Positions 1-11,831 of a stretch of DNA of 64,000 nucleotides are shown here, piece after piece. The stretch is from positions 17,608,001 through 17,672,000 of the forward strand of contig NC_083224.1 of assembly GCF_032191835.1 (NCBI RefSeq). Direction: 5' to 3'. The translations under genes were made by a program, and so were the position numbers. Position 1 is the stretch's first letter, and the number at the start of each line of letters is the position of its first letter. The notes beneath the pieces are model-generated. The model worked only from the letters and a program-made list of their open reading frames with translations. It was not told the DNA's origin and searched no databases. The stretch comes from Heteronotia binoei. Taxonomy: Eukaryota.

Positions 1-1296
1 TTCCTGTGTAAAGGTCATCTGACTCCAGGATAAAGATTTGAAATGTCCACCTCTTCACTAGCCCTCGCTCCCGCCTCTCCCTTGATGTCACCCACTGCTG
101 GCAGACCCTTTGTCAAGTACCGCACAATCTCCACCAATGATGACATCTACAGTTGTCAAATCAGAGAGTTTATTCACCGTTTGAAGAAGTTGCAGGACAA
201 TCAACTTTCTCTCTTAGCTTTCTTCCTTGTCCAACCTTCTCACACACATACTAATGGGGAATACTATGGCTCAAATTAACTTGGTCTTGATAACCAGGGA
301 CACACCTTTAGACTATGCTAGTCATTACTTTTGTCTTCCTGATCTTCAGCTGTCGTCTTCCTTTAGCACTTTAACCTTCACGAGTAATTATTTCAAGTCT
401 TTGCTAGTTTCTGCCAGTAATGTGGTGTCATCTGCATATCTCAGACTGTTAACGCTCCTTCCCATATTTTCACTCCACCTTCATCTAAATCTAATCCAGC
501 TTTCCATATGATATGTTCTGCATATAGATCGAAGAGACGGAGAGATAACATACATCCTAGTCTGGCACCCTTGCCGATAAGAAGAAGAAGACATTGGATT
601 TATATTCCGCCCTCCACTTCAGTCTCAGAGCGGCTCACAATCTCCTTTATCTCCCTCCCCCACAACAGACACCCTGTGAGGTGGGTGGGGCTGAGAGGGC
701 TCTCACAGCAGCTGCCCTTTCAAGGACAACCTCTGCCACAGCTATGGCTGACCCAAGGCCATGCTAGCAGGTGCAAGTGGAGGAGTGGGGAATCAACTGG
801 AACATCTGACATTTCTCTTTCAATATACGACAACGGTCCTTGAGCATAATCTAAAGTTTTTGGGCCGTTGTTTTGTTTTTCATCTCTGTTAGCATGTTCT
901 TGTTAAGATCTTGTAGGACTCCTTTACTGTGGACTTAGAATACCTCTACCGATTTCCCATCTACTTCTGGGAATATGTTTCTTCCAGTTGCTCTCAGTGC
1001 AGCATTACTTTATAAAACTCTTCATTTTTTCCAAAAGATTCTTCTTGAAAGGACTCTGTCCTCCTTTCATCACTTCTTTATAATGCTTCAATATATTGTT
1101 TTCATCTTTTCTTAGATATTTCTACCTCTATATCATTCACTCAGCTATGAAGAAAACCCAACCTTAGTTCTTGCCCCTGGGGTTAAATCAGCTCTGGTGG
1201 TGGAGTCAAGGATGAGGAGTCTGAGAGAGGGTCCGGATCCATCTCTTCAGCCTGTTCTGTTCCTTCTCTTGCCCCTCTCCCTTGCTGTTGTTCCAG

Positions 1297-1413
1297 ATGT
1301 GGGGGGGGGACCCGTGATGGTGGAAGGAAGCTTCTCTGAGGAGGAAGGAGCTCTGTCAGAGGAAGGTCAGGTGGTGCAGGCCCAGGAGCATGCCCAAGAT
1401 GCCCCATCAAGTG
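1297..1413 (+). pseudogene. Coding exon 2 homolog of a truncated upstream ZKSCAN-like paralog (unit 0), frameshifted
   Basis: Acceptor ttccag at 1291-1296 and donor gtaagg at 1414. Homologous to the exons at 11832, 37519 and 55106, but 117 bp rather than 115 bp because of a 9-G run; phase-0 reading gives atg tgg ggg ggg gac ccg TGA. No KRAB or ZF exon follows before the next unit. Confidence 0.7.
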
Positions 1414-2210
1414 GTAAGGGGGCCCCCTGCCCAGATGGGATTGGGGCACATAGTGAAGTTATTGGCAGAGGGTTCCAGACAGGAGAAAAGGGAAATACTT
1501 CTGCAGAATATGTAGAATAGAGATCTGGGAAATACTTCCATAGGATGTCGTAATAGCCATTCCACTTTAAGGGGGAGTATACAGATTCATAGAGAGCAAT
1601 TCCATTCTCATTTACATTGAAACATGCATATCTCGGCTTCCTTCCGTTAGAAAGACTCAAAGTGGCTTTAAAAAGGAAAGGAAGACAAGTCCGGGTGCAG
1701 TTATTAGCCAGGTGAATAAATGGAACCTCCATGTTCTCCTGTCCTGAATTGCTCAGACTAGCCCAGTGTCATCAGATCTCAGAAGCTAAGAATGGTCAGC
1801 CCTGGTTAATTTTTGGATTGGGAGACCACCAAAGAAATGCAGGGTTGCTAAGCAGAGGCGGGCAATGGCATACCACCTCTGAATGGTTCTTGAGTTGAAT
1901 AACTGGAGTGATAGCTTACAGTGATGAGTCAGCTGTGAGTTGACAGCACTTTACTCTCTCTCACACACACCCTGTTCTGGGGCAGGATATCTCAGAAAAC
2001 CCATTGCCAGAGGCTAGTAATCTGCATCCTGGATCCCTGCTCGATCACTTTTCAAGGGCATCCAGCGGTCCACAGAAAAAGGATACTAGATTAGGGATGC
2101 CAGACCATGGCCTAGGGCTCCTCTGAGGCTTAAGGGTGGAACAGGGGTTTGAGGGTGGACATGGTCTCCTTTTCATATCTTCTCTGGCCGAACACCTCGA
2201 TGTGAAGTCA

Positions 2211-2677
2211 GAACATAAGAGAAGCCATGTTGGATCAGGCCAATGGCCCAACCAGTTCAACACTCTGTGTCACAGAAGAACATAAGAGAAGCCCTGTTGG
2301 ATCAGGCCAATGGCCCATCCAGTCCAACACTCTGTGTCACATAAGAACATAAGAGAAGCCATGTTGGATCAGGCCAATGGCCCATCCAGTCCAACACTCT
2401 GTGTCACAGAAGAACATAAGAGAAGCCATGTTGGATCAGGCCAATGGCCCATCCAGTTCAACACTCTGTGTCACATAAGAACATAAGAGAAGCCATGTTG
2501 GATCAGGCCAATGGCCCATCCAGTTCAACACTCTGTGTCACAGAAGAACATAAGAGAAGCCATGTTGGATCAGGCCAATGGCCCATCCAGTTCAACACTC
2601 TGTGTCACAGAAGAACATAAGAGAAGCCATGTTGGATCAGGCCAATGGCCCATCCAGTTCAACACTCTGTGTCACAC
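2211..2677. repeat. 7 tandem copies of a 67-bp unit (CR1 3' terminus, reverse orientation)
   Basis: gaacataagagaagccatgttggatcaggccaatggcccatccagtccaacactctgtgtcaca(t/g)aa with period 67 (units at 2211, 2278 ... 2613). Confidence 0.95.
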
Positions 2678-2972
2678 AGTGGCCAAAAAAATTATATATA
2701 CACACACACACACACATACACACACTGTGGCTAATAGCCACTGATGGACCTCTGCTCCATATTTTTATCTAACCCCCTCTTGAAGCTGTCTATGCTTGTA
2801 GCCGCCACCACCTCCTGTGGCAGTGAATTCCACATGTTAATCACCCTTTGGGTGAAGAAGTACTTCCTTTTATCCGTTTTAACCTGACTGCTCAGCAATT
2901 TCATCGAATGCCCACGAGTTCTCGTATTGTGAGAAAGGGAGAAAAGGACTTCTTTCTCTACTTTCTCCATCC

Positions 2973-3257
2973 TGGAGAGCCAGTTTGGTGTAGTGGTTAA
3001 GTGTGCAGACTCTTATCTGGGAGAACAGGATTTGATTCCCCACTCCTCCACTTGCACCTGCTGGAATGGCCTTGGGTCAGCCATAGCTCTGGCAGAGGTT
3101 GTCCTTGAAAGGGCAGCTGCTGTGAGAGCCCTCTCCAGCCCCACCCACCTCACAGGGTATCTGTTGTGGGGGAGGAAGATAAAGGAGATTGTGAGCCGCT
3201 CTGAGACTCTTTGGAGTGGAGGGCGGGATATAAATCCAATATCTTCTTCTTCTTCAT
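2973..3257 (+). mobile_element. tRNA-headed SINE with L2-like tail (Squam3-like), nested in CR1
   Basis: gagagccagtttggtgtagtggttaag...ggtttgattcccc head, gtgagccgctctgag tail and (tct)n end. Other copies near 579-800(-), 5335-5597(-), 7645-8352(-), 9975-10150(-), 35243-35510(+), 53535-53790(-), 56920-57195. Confidence 0.8.
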
Positions 3258-3624
3258 CATCCCATGCGTTATCTTGTAAACCTCTATCATGTCACCCCGC
3301 AGTCGACGTTTCTCCAAGCTAAAGAGCCCCAAGCGTTTTTACCTTTCTTCATAGGGATTTCTTTCCTTTCCTCTTAAGAAAAATACTATGTCTGTTGTGG
3401 GTGTGACTGTATTATCCTTCTCCTCTGTAGCTATGGTAATGTTATGCAGCAGTGTGCATGCATCGTATTCTAGCTCTTGTATATAGAGATGCAATATGGG
3501 ATGTGTGTCATTACAAAGCAACTTTTGATGGTGTTAACTCACATCCAGTGTTACTTGATACTCTGCACCAGGTTGGTTTGCTGATAGTGTAGATATATAT
3601 TTACACATGTAGATGTGTTTTAAA

Positions 3625-3973
3625 GAAGAATCTTGAGAGTCCCTTGGACTGCAAGATCAAATCAGTCAGTCCTAAGGGAAATCAACCCAGACTGTTTCCT
3701 GGAAGGTCAGATGCTGAAGCTGAAGCTCAAATACTTTGGCCACCAAATGAGAAGGGAGCACTCCCTGGAGAAGATCCTGATGCTAGGAAAGACAAAAGGC
3801 AAAAGAAGAAGGGGACGGCAAAAGAGGGGATGGCTGGACAGCGTTACTGATGTAACAAACACTAATTTGAGCAGACTTCGGAGGATAGTGGAAGACAGGA
3901 GAGCCTGGCGTGACTTTGTCTATGGGGTCGCAAACAGTCGGACTCGACTGTGCGACTGAACAACAACAAAAAA
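3625..3973 (+). mobile_element. RTE/BovB-type LINE 3' fragment
   Basis: RVPWTARSNQSVLREINP...LKLKYFGHQMRR...WLDSV; (caa)n tail. Confidence 0.9.
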
Positions 3974-4234
3974 CTGAAAAGAGGTACTTTCAGCCACATG
4001 TATTATTTCAAACTCTAGGAAAGTAGTTTGTCTTCTCTCTCTTCCCTCCCCCTTAAAGAGATCTTGCAAATGGAATGCATCATGGACAAAGGCATGCTTG
4101 GCTGAGAATGTGTGTATTTGAACTGATAGATGGAAATACTGAAATCTTTAGAAACACTGCTGCTGCTTCTGCCTTTCTCAATCTGTTGGCTCTTCCTACT
4201 GCCCTTTGCAGATGGACTTTATAACAGCCTAGGT

Positions 4235-4790
4235 CAGGGGTGTCAGATTCATTTGTTATGAGGGCAGGATCTGACATTAATGAGACCTTGTTGGGATGGG
4301 CTATCTTTGTACTTATTAAAATTACGTAGCAGAAATATAAACTTTATAAAGGACACAGACATATAATTAAAGATTTAAAAAACCCCAAAACTTTAAAGCA
4401 TGGTTGAAGCATCAGCACTCAATCTACAAAGTGCTTTCTTTGTATTTCTCCCATGGAATCCAGGGAACTGGGCAAAGGAAACTTTCCTTCCTTCCTCAGG
4501 GGATGGGGTGGAGCCTCAGCCAATAGAAGGAAGAGAGACTTAGCTCAGTAGCTCTGTTGTGCAAAGCAAGCGCTCCCTCCCCACTTCCTCCCTAAGCGAG
4601 GAGAAATGGAGAAAACAGGCCAATGGAGAAAACAGGCTTTGCTCTGTAGTACCTGTGCAAGTGAGCAAGCTTTGCAAAGCAAGCTGTTATGCAGAGAGAA
4701 GCAAGCAGAGGACAGCCAGTTGCTTGGGGGCCTGATAGGAGTCCTCTGGGGGCCTGATTCAGTCCCCGGGCCACATGCTTGACACCCTTG
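4235..4790. mobile_element. Non-autonomous hAT DNA transposon (MITE)
   Basis: TIR caggggtgtca...ttgacacccttg; perfect 8-bp TSD gcctaggt. Confidence 0.85.
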
Positions 4791-5699
4791 GCCTAGGTAC
4801 TTGTGATGCTAAAGACCTATTTGGCTACAGTGCTGCTCTGCCACCGGCTGGAACCCTGCAGGAAAAAGCAGGAAAGATTGTCCACTCAGTGCCTGAGAAG
4901 GTCAGAAGCTAGATGAGTCTCCTGTTTGCCTTGCGCCCTCCCCCCATCCCCTTTAACACCCTCCCACAGCAGAGTCCTTGTTAACATGCTGCTCTCTGAT
5001 CTCGGGAACCAGTCCTGCAAAAGTAGCCTCCAAAACCCTGTTGTCCTTGGTGGCATCTCCCCCGCCCCTTCCCGCCCTCACCTCAGAGTCCAGAGCCTGA
5101 CAGGTGGAATAGGAGGCAGAGTCCTCAACAATGCTCCCTCTAAGCTGCAGAATCTTGCGAGCAAAAATTCTACTTTGTGAGCTACTGGCATTAAAGTTGT
5201 GAGCTACTGCATAAGATAAATTATTGTGCTGGAGGGTCATCTAAGACAAAAAGGTGTGAGCTGGAGGCTAAAAATCTGTGAGCTAGCTCAGGCTAACTCA
5301 GCTCAGAGGGAACACTGGTCCTCAAGAAGAAGGCTGCAGATTTATACCCCGCCCTTCTCTCTGAATCAGAGAGGCTCAGAATCTCCTATATATCCCCCCC
5401 CCCCCACAACAGACACCCTGTGAGGTGGGTGGGGCTGCGAGGGCTCTCACAGCAGCTGCTCTTTCAAGGACAACTCTGCAAGAGCTACGGTTGACCCAAG
5501 GCCATTCCAGCAGCTGGAAGTGGAGGAGTGGGGAATCAAACCCGGTTCTCCCAGATAAGAGTCGGCACACTTCACCACTACACCAAACTGGCTCTCCAGT
5601 GTGTGAGTTTTTGAGCTCGCTGAAATGCTTTGTCAGGAGAGATGTTACCCAAAAAGTTTAAAAACGAAGAAGGGAGCGAGAGCGGGTTTGTTAGGTCAA

Positions 5700-6250
5700 G
5701 ATCCTAAGACATAGCGCTTGGAAAAGAGGAGGCGGCCTCCGAGAGAGGCCCTTGAAGGGCCGCAGCTTCTTCCCTTCGGCTCCCCTGCGCACATGGAGCT
5801 TCCCAGCCCTTCTTACTAGGCGGACGCAGAGGGCAGGAAGCTTTTTGGAGGCGCTCTGTAGCCATGAAAGGGTTAAAAAAGCCGAGTTGTTGGCTAGAGA
5901 GGCCGTTAAAAGAAGTGGGGGGAGGAAGAGAACAGGGAGGCGTCCAGAGGCGCAGAAGCTGGGAAGAGCCCGGGAATGTCCCCTTTCCCCCACCCAGTAA
6001 GTCCTTGCAGCCTGGGAAGACGCCAATGCAGAGGCTGCGTCTTTCCTTTGGAGACACCGATTGCTGTTCTCTGGCGGGGTCTCCCCTTCGCAGCCCCCGG
6101 GGTGGGTGGGGGGTCTGCAGGGCTTGCAAGGCGGCTCTTACTCGGGGGGGGGGGGATCGGGACCGCCAGGCGGGGGGCGTCCCCAGGCCAGCCCCATCCC
6201 TGCATCCTGCCCTGCTCGCAGAATGGAAGGAGTCTCTCCGGGACCAGGAG
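5700..6250 (+). promoter_or_regulatory. Putative promoter / non-coding first exon of gene 1 (GC- and CpG-rich)
   Basis: Conserved block ggaagctttttggagg...gaaagggttaaaa...tggctagagaggccg about 2.9 kb upstream of the SCAN exon, repeated in each unit. Confidence 0.5.
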
Positions 6251-7810
6251 GGAGAGATTGCTCATTGCTTTTTATTTTTTCAGTTTCTTGTCTCTCTTGT
6301 CGTGTTTTATCGGGTGTGTTTTATTTCTTAAAAGTCACCTGCAGTCCCATTCCGGGGAGAGCAAGCAGGATGCAAACTTGTTTATATATATATATATATT
6401 TTTTACAAAGTTTAAGTCCATTGGCACCTTTTAGACCAACTAAGTTTTATTCAAAGTATTAGCTTTTGCGTGCAAACACACTTCCTGAGTATCGTCCAAG
6501 GTTTTACATTTTGTAAGAAAGGAACTACCATTTTGTAAGAAAGAAACATTTTGTAAGAAAGAAACTACTGTGCTAGTTTCTTTGCAAGGCTGATAGAGTT
6601 CCATTCCATGCAGCTTAATGTGGGGCCTTCCAGAAGATAGATTCAGGTGGGTAGCCGTGTTTCCACACAAAAGCTCACCTGGATAAAACTTTTTGGGGCT
6701 TAAAGGTGCCACTGGACTTTGTTCTGCTGCTTCAGACCAACCAAGGCCGACACGTGGGAGTAGGCAAACTAGACAAATGCCTAGGGCGCCAGCACCCGGG
6801 GGGGGGGGTGCCTCCTCCCCACTTGCACTGTCTGGAGCCTCATCGCTTCCTGTCTGCAGGGCCTGCCAAATTTGGCAAGCGGTACAGAGGGAAACCGGGT
6901 TTTTTTCTTGGCTTTAAGGAGTCAGAGGAATTCCCCGCACCCCTTAAAGCCAAGAAAAAACGGGGCTTTCCCTCTACTGCCCTGCTGAACTCGGTCAGCC
7001 CTGCAGAGGGAAACTAGCCAGTGTTTTTTCTTGGCTTTAAGGGGTCAGGGAGCTCCCCCATCCCTTAAAGCCAAAAAAAAGAGGGGACTTTCCCTCTCTA
7101 GCACCTCTCTAGCTGCGGAGGGGACAGGCTGAGCACCTGTGTGATGACATCATCTCTTGGTGATGTCATCATGCCGTGCACGCTTTGTGCGCTTGAAAAC
7201 TCTAATGGAGGGGGCGTGTGTTGGGTTTCTGCCTCGGGCGACAGAAACCCATGTGCTGGGCCTAGGACCAACACAGCTACCCACCTGAGCCTACATTAAT
7301 TACAGTCTGACATTAATTGGACTCAGTGCAATCAATGGAATGGTACTTTCAATAAACTATGAAATAGAATTTGGGTTGCAGGAATCTGAAAAACAGCACT
7401 GAAGGAAAGCATAAATATTAATGTGACCAAAGAAATGTAAAATTACACAACAGGATGCAACTTACAGCAAACTATGCACAGATATATAGACTCTAGTCCC
7501 CGATAATTCACCCAAATAACTCTGTGAAGCCATCTGTACAGTGCTCTCCTATTGCTTTGGTAAAGAAGCCCTCTTGAATGATTAAGTTTTATATAGTTTG
7601 GGGAACGCCAGGGGAGTGGGCACTTTCCTGGCCTCCTACACCAGCTTGAGGTAGAAGAAGAAGAAGAAGAAGAAGAAAAATTGTAGATTTATATCCCGCC
7701 CTTCTCCCTGAATCAGAGACTCAGAGTGGCTTACAACCCTGTGAGGTGGGTGGGGCTGAGAGGGTTCTCACAGCAGCTGCCCTTTCAAGGACAACCTCTG
7801 ACAGAGCTAT

Positions 7811-8240
7811 GAACATATGAAGCTGTCTTATACTGAATCAGACCCTCGGTCCATCAAAGTCAGTATTGTCTTCTCAGACTGGCAGCGGCTCTCCAGGGTC
7901 TCAAGCTGAGGTTTTTCACACCTATTTGCCTGGACCCTTTTTTGGAGATGCCAGGGATTGAACCTGGGACCTTCTGCTGCCCAAGCAGATGCTCTACCAC
8001 TGAGCCACCCTCCCTCCCCTAAAAAAGTCTCTTGAACATATGAAGCTGCCTTATACTGAATCAGACCTTTGGTCCATCCAAGTCAGTATTGTCTTCTCAG
8101 ACTGGCAGCGGCTCTCCAGGGTCTCAAGCTGAGGTTTTTCACACCTATTTGCCTGGGCCCTTTTTTGGAGATGCCGGGGATTGAATCTGGGACTTTCTGC
8201 TTCCCAAGCAGATGCTCTACCACTGAGCCACCGTCCCTCA
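7811..8240 (-). mobile_element. Tandem pair of a second tRNA-derived SINE (CR1-like tail) inserted in a Squam3-like SINE
   Basis: Two near-identical units starting gaacatatgaagctg at 7811 and 8034; minus-strand head ggtggctcagtggtagagcatctgc...ggttcaatccc. Confidence 0.75.
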
Positions 8241-8792
8241 AGATTGGCTAACCTAAGGCCATTCCAGCAGGTGCAAGTGGAAGAGTGGGAAATCAAACCT
8301 GGTTCTCCCAGATAAGAGTCTGCACACTTAACCACTACACCAAACTGGCTCTCTCTGGGGTAGTAGTTAAGGAGTGGTGGACTCTAATGGTTAAGCCCTT
8401 TCCAATCACTTTGTCCTGGCTCCAGTTTACCTTGAGATGTACCCACTAGACAGACTGAGCCCCAGAAATCAGAAGCCAAGCTCATAACATCCACAACAGA
8501 TTTTTTTAAAAAGTAGATACTGGTGGTTTGGTTGCCTGAAGGACCAAACAGGCATATCTTTAAAAGCTTGGTATGGAATATGTGACATAAATCCGCATCA
8601 ACAAACTACAGGGATGCTCCTTCTGATCCACTGGGGTTATCCTTAGGTGATTCTTCACCAGGGTCAGTGATGGAACTCTGTTTTCTTTTCTTCCTGCCTT
8701 TTTGATATCTTTCCCTCACCCTTTTCACAGCCAAGTGAACGAGAGTGTCTTTCCAGAGTCAGAAGCAGCAACCCAAGAGAAAAAGGAAGGAG

Positions 8793-9215
8793 ATGAAAGA
8801 GAAGGACCCCGAAGGGCTTGGAACTGGCAAGATTTCAAAAAAATGTCCCCATCCCTTCCAAGCAGGGAGTGGGGCTGCATTCTGGGAAAGAGCCATGCCA
8901 GAAATCTTGGTTCAAGACCCTGTGACCGCAGATGAACGCAGCCGATGCTTCCGGCAGTTCTGTTACCAGGAGGCTGATGGGCCCCGAGAGGTTTGCAGCC
9001 GGCTCCACGGACTTTGTAAGGACTGGCTGGAGCCAGAGAGGCGCACCAAGAAGGAGATGGTGGACCTGGTGATCCTGGAGCAGTTCCTGGCCATCCTGCC
9101 GCAGGAAGTGCAGGGCTGGGTGAGAGGATGCGGGCCAGAGAGCAGTTCCCAGGCAGTGGCCCTGGCTGAAGGTTTCCTCCTGAGTCAGGCAGAGGAGAAG
9201 AGGCAGGCACAGCAG
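8793..9215 (+). CDS. ZKSCAN-like gene 1, coding exon 1 (SCAN domain)
   Basis: Motif [61 protein letters not shown]...[10 protein letters not shown]; acceptor cacag at 8726-8730, ATG 8793, donor cag|gtgagg (phase 0). Confidence 0.93.
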
Positions 9216-10889
9216 GTGAGGGGCTTTCAGTCACTCCACTCAAGTAATGAGTTTATCCTAAGGCTTCCTGCCAGATATTTCTGTGTGTGTGTGAACTGCC
9301 ACCCAGTCACTTCCAACTTATAGCAATCCTAGGAAGGTCTTCTCATTAACAGCCTTGCTCAGATCTTGCAGACTGCGGGCCCTTGTGGCTTCCTTGATTG
9401 AGTCAATCCATGATGCATTTATCTTCCTCTTTTCCTTCTGCCTTCCACTTTTCTCAGTATTATTGTCTTTTCCAGTGACGTCTGCCTTATTGTAATATCA
9501 CCAGAATCCACTAGCCACATTTGAGTCATTTTAACTTCCAGGAAGAGTTGAGTCTTGATTTGATCTAGAACCCACTCATTTATCTTTTTTGGCAGTCTTG
9601 GAATCTATAGAAACTGTAAACTCTCCTTCATCAGCACAGACAGTCAACTTTTTTCCTTGTCCATCTCTCTCTCACACGCATATAATAATGGGGAATACTG
9701 TGGCTCAAATTAACTTGATCTTGGTCACCAGGGACACGCCATTACACTTAAGAATCTTTTCTGGCTTCTTCATGGTTATCCTTCTGAGTCTCAGTCTCCT
9801 GATTTCTTATTTGCAGTCTCCCTTTTGATTGACGATGGACACAAGGAACAGAAAATCTTGAATATTTCCAGGTTCTTCATCATCAACCTTAAATTTCCGC
9901 AATTCCACACTAGTCATTACTTTTGTCTTCCTGATATTCAGCTGTCATCTTCCTTTGGCACGTTCGGCTTTAGAAGAAGAATAACTGCAGATTTATACCC
10001 CGCCCTTCTCTCTGAATCAGAGACTCAGAGTGGCTTACAATCTCCTATATCTTCCTTCCCCACAACAGACACCCTGTGAGGTGGGTGGGGCGGAGACAGT
10101 TCTCCTAGAAGCAGCCCCTTTCAAGGACACCTCTTCAAGAGCTATGGCTAACTCTTCATGAGTAATTATTTAGCCTTCATGAGTAATTATTTCTAGTCTT
10201 CACTGTGTTCTGCCTCTAATGTGTCATCTGCGTATCTCAGACTGTTAATGTTCCTTCAGCCAGTTTTCACATCACCTTCATCTAAGTCTAATCCATCTTT
10301 CCTTATGATATGTTCTGCCTAAAGATGGAAGAGACAGGGAGATAGAATACATCCTAGTCTGGCAACCTTGCCAATGGGAAGCCATTATGTTTCTCCACTT
10401 TCTGTCCTGCTAATGGCCTCTTACCCAGAGTACAGGTTGTGCATCAAAAACAATCAGATGTTGCAGCACACCCATTTCTTTTAAAACCAAACATTGCTTT
10501 TTTTTTGTATCCCTACAGTCAAAAGCTTTGATGTAAGCCATGATTCACAAGCTGGTTTTCTTCTGAAATTCTCTCCTATTCTCCATTAACCAACGTAAAT
10601 CTGCAGTCTGATCTCAATTGCCACTTCCTATTGTGAATCCACCTGGAACGGAATATCCGGCATTTCTCTTTCAATATGTGACAACACTCCTCCTTGTTGT
10701 GAAATGTCGAGCATCACTTTACTTGCATGAGGAATTAATGCAATGGTCCGATAGTTCCTACAAACTTTGATGTCTCCATTACTGGAATGTAAAATGAGTG
10801 TTTCCAGTCTGTGGGCCCTTGTTCTGTTTCCATCTTTGTTAGCATATGCCTGTTAAGACTTTGATGGACTCCTTTTCTTGAGATCTTAC

Positions 10890-11176
10890 CGTCAGGTAGA
10901 CGATATAGAGTGTTGAAGGCTAGGACAAACAGATTTAAGGACAGTTTCTATCCAAGTGCTGTGGTTAGGCTAAATGCAGGGTTATGAAGGATTATGTTTT
11001 AGATATATTTAAATAGTTTTAATGGTTTTATGAATGTTTATCTGTTTTAGATGTATTTAAATGGTTTTAATGGTTTAAATGGTTTTAGATGTATTTAAAT
11101 GGTATGAATATGAATATGTGTGTTTGATGTGTTGGTATGTTTTGTGGAAGAGCACCTCATTTCATTGTTCTCTTTT
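10890..11176 (+). mobile_element. Rex1/Babar-like LINE 3' fragment running into the assembly gap
   Basis: Translates as ARTNRFKDSFYPSAVVRLN, followed by a low-complexity tail. Confidence 0.55.
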
Positions 11177-11323
11177 NNNNNNNNNNNNNNNNNNNNNNNN
11201 NNNNNNNNNNNNNNNNNNNNNNNNNNNNNNNNNNNNNNNNNNNNNNNNNNNNNNNNNNNNNNNNNNNNNNNNNNNNNNNNNNNNNNNNNNNNNNNNNNNN
11301 NNNNNNNNNNNNNNNNNNNNNNN
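11177..11323. other. Assembly gap (run of N)
   Basis: Contiguous n characters. Confidence 0.99.
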
Positions 11324-11831
11324 NCTATTGATATATCCCATCTCCTCTTAATGGTTTCTTTCTCCCAATTCTTCTCAGTGCAGTTTTGCTTTCTGAAACT
11401 CTACCTTCTTGTTCAAAAGGTTCTTCTCATATTTCACCTCTTATTTATCCTGCCTGTATATGAAGATCATGGACTTCTATATCTCGCCATTGCACATATA
11501 GCACTTTATGATGTTTTTACTGTTTTATATTGTTTTTAATTAGTTTATGGTGAACTGTGCCGGTTCGGCTCTTTCAAGCTGCCTTGAGCCTGCCTTGGAG
11601 TGAGTAAAAATTGAACTAATAAATAAATAATGTTTCAGTATATTGTCCATATCAATTCTTAGATATTTTTACCTCTAGATGATTCACTCAGCTGTGAAGA
11701 AGTTCGTGCCCTTGTGGTTAAAGCAGCTCTGGTGGTGGAGTCAGGGATGGGGAATCTGGGAGAGGGTCCGGATCCATTTCTTCAGCCTGTTCCAGTCCTT
11801 CTCTTACCCCTCTCCCTTGCTCTTGTTACAG

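Larger units (their letters stand above)
2211..3338 (-). mobile_element. 5'-truncated CR1 LINE with tandemly amplified 3' end, interrupted by a SINE
   Basis: Minus-strand LGLFSLEKRRLRGDMIEVYKITHG / MEKVEKEVLFSLSHNTRTRGHSMKL...FFTQRVINMWNSLP is the CR1 RT C-terminus. Confidence 0.88.
9340..11470 (-). mobile_element. Old degenerate RTE/BovB-like LINE in the intron after SCAN; paralogous copies near 1-1140, 35610-37160 and 52780-54620
   Basis: Minus-strand remnants such as PWTAKKTNKWVLDQIK..SLEAKMT (52967-53164) and EMGVPQHPIVLMQNL...IGKGARLRCILSP (53935-54180) at the same intron position in all four units. Confidence 0.75.

Noticed and set aside
2211-2677. CRISPR-like array (also 46970-47502)
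   Set aside because: The units are contiguous with no unique spacers, there are no cas genes, the context is eukaryotic, and the unit is a CR1 3' end.
2975-3050. tRNA genes at SINE heads (several places)
   Set aside because: Only A/B-box-like heads that continue into SINE bodies; no complete cloverleaf.
5691-6462. Many overlapping 80-240 aa ORFs in GC-rich blocks (also 31808-32505 and 50524-51234)
   Set aside because: Expected from stop-codon scarcity at high GC; frames are not conserved between the paralogous blocks.
6420-6750. Further hammerhead candidates in PLE-like termini (also near 30800-30850, 33165-33200 and 47575-47610)
   Set aside because: The CUGANGA core or stem II is destroyed, so they are not credible ribozymes.
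11079-11539. ORFs spanning the N run
   Set aside because: Artefacts of the assembly gap.
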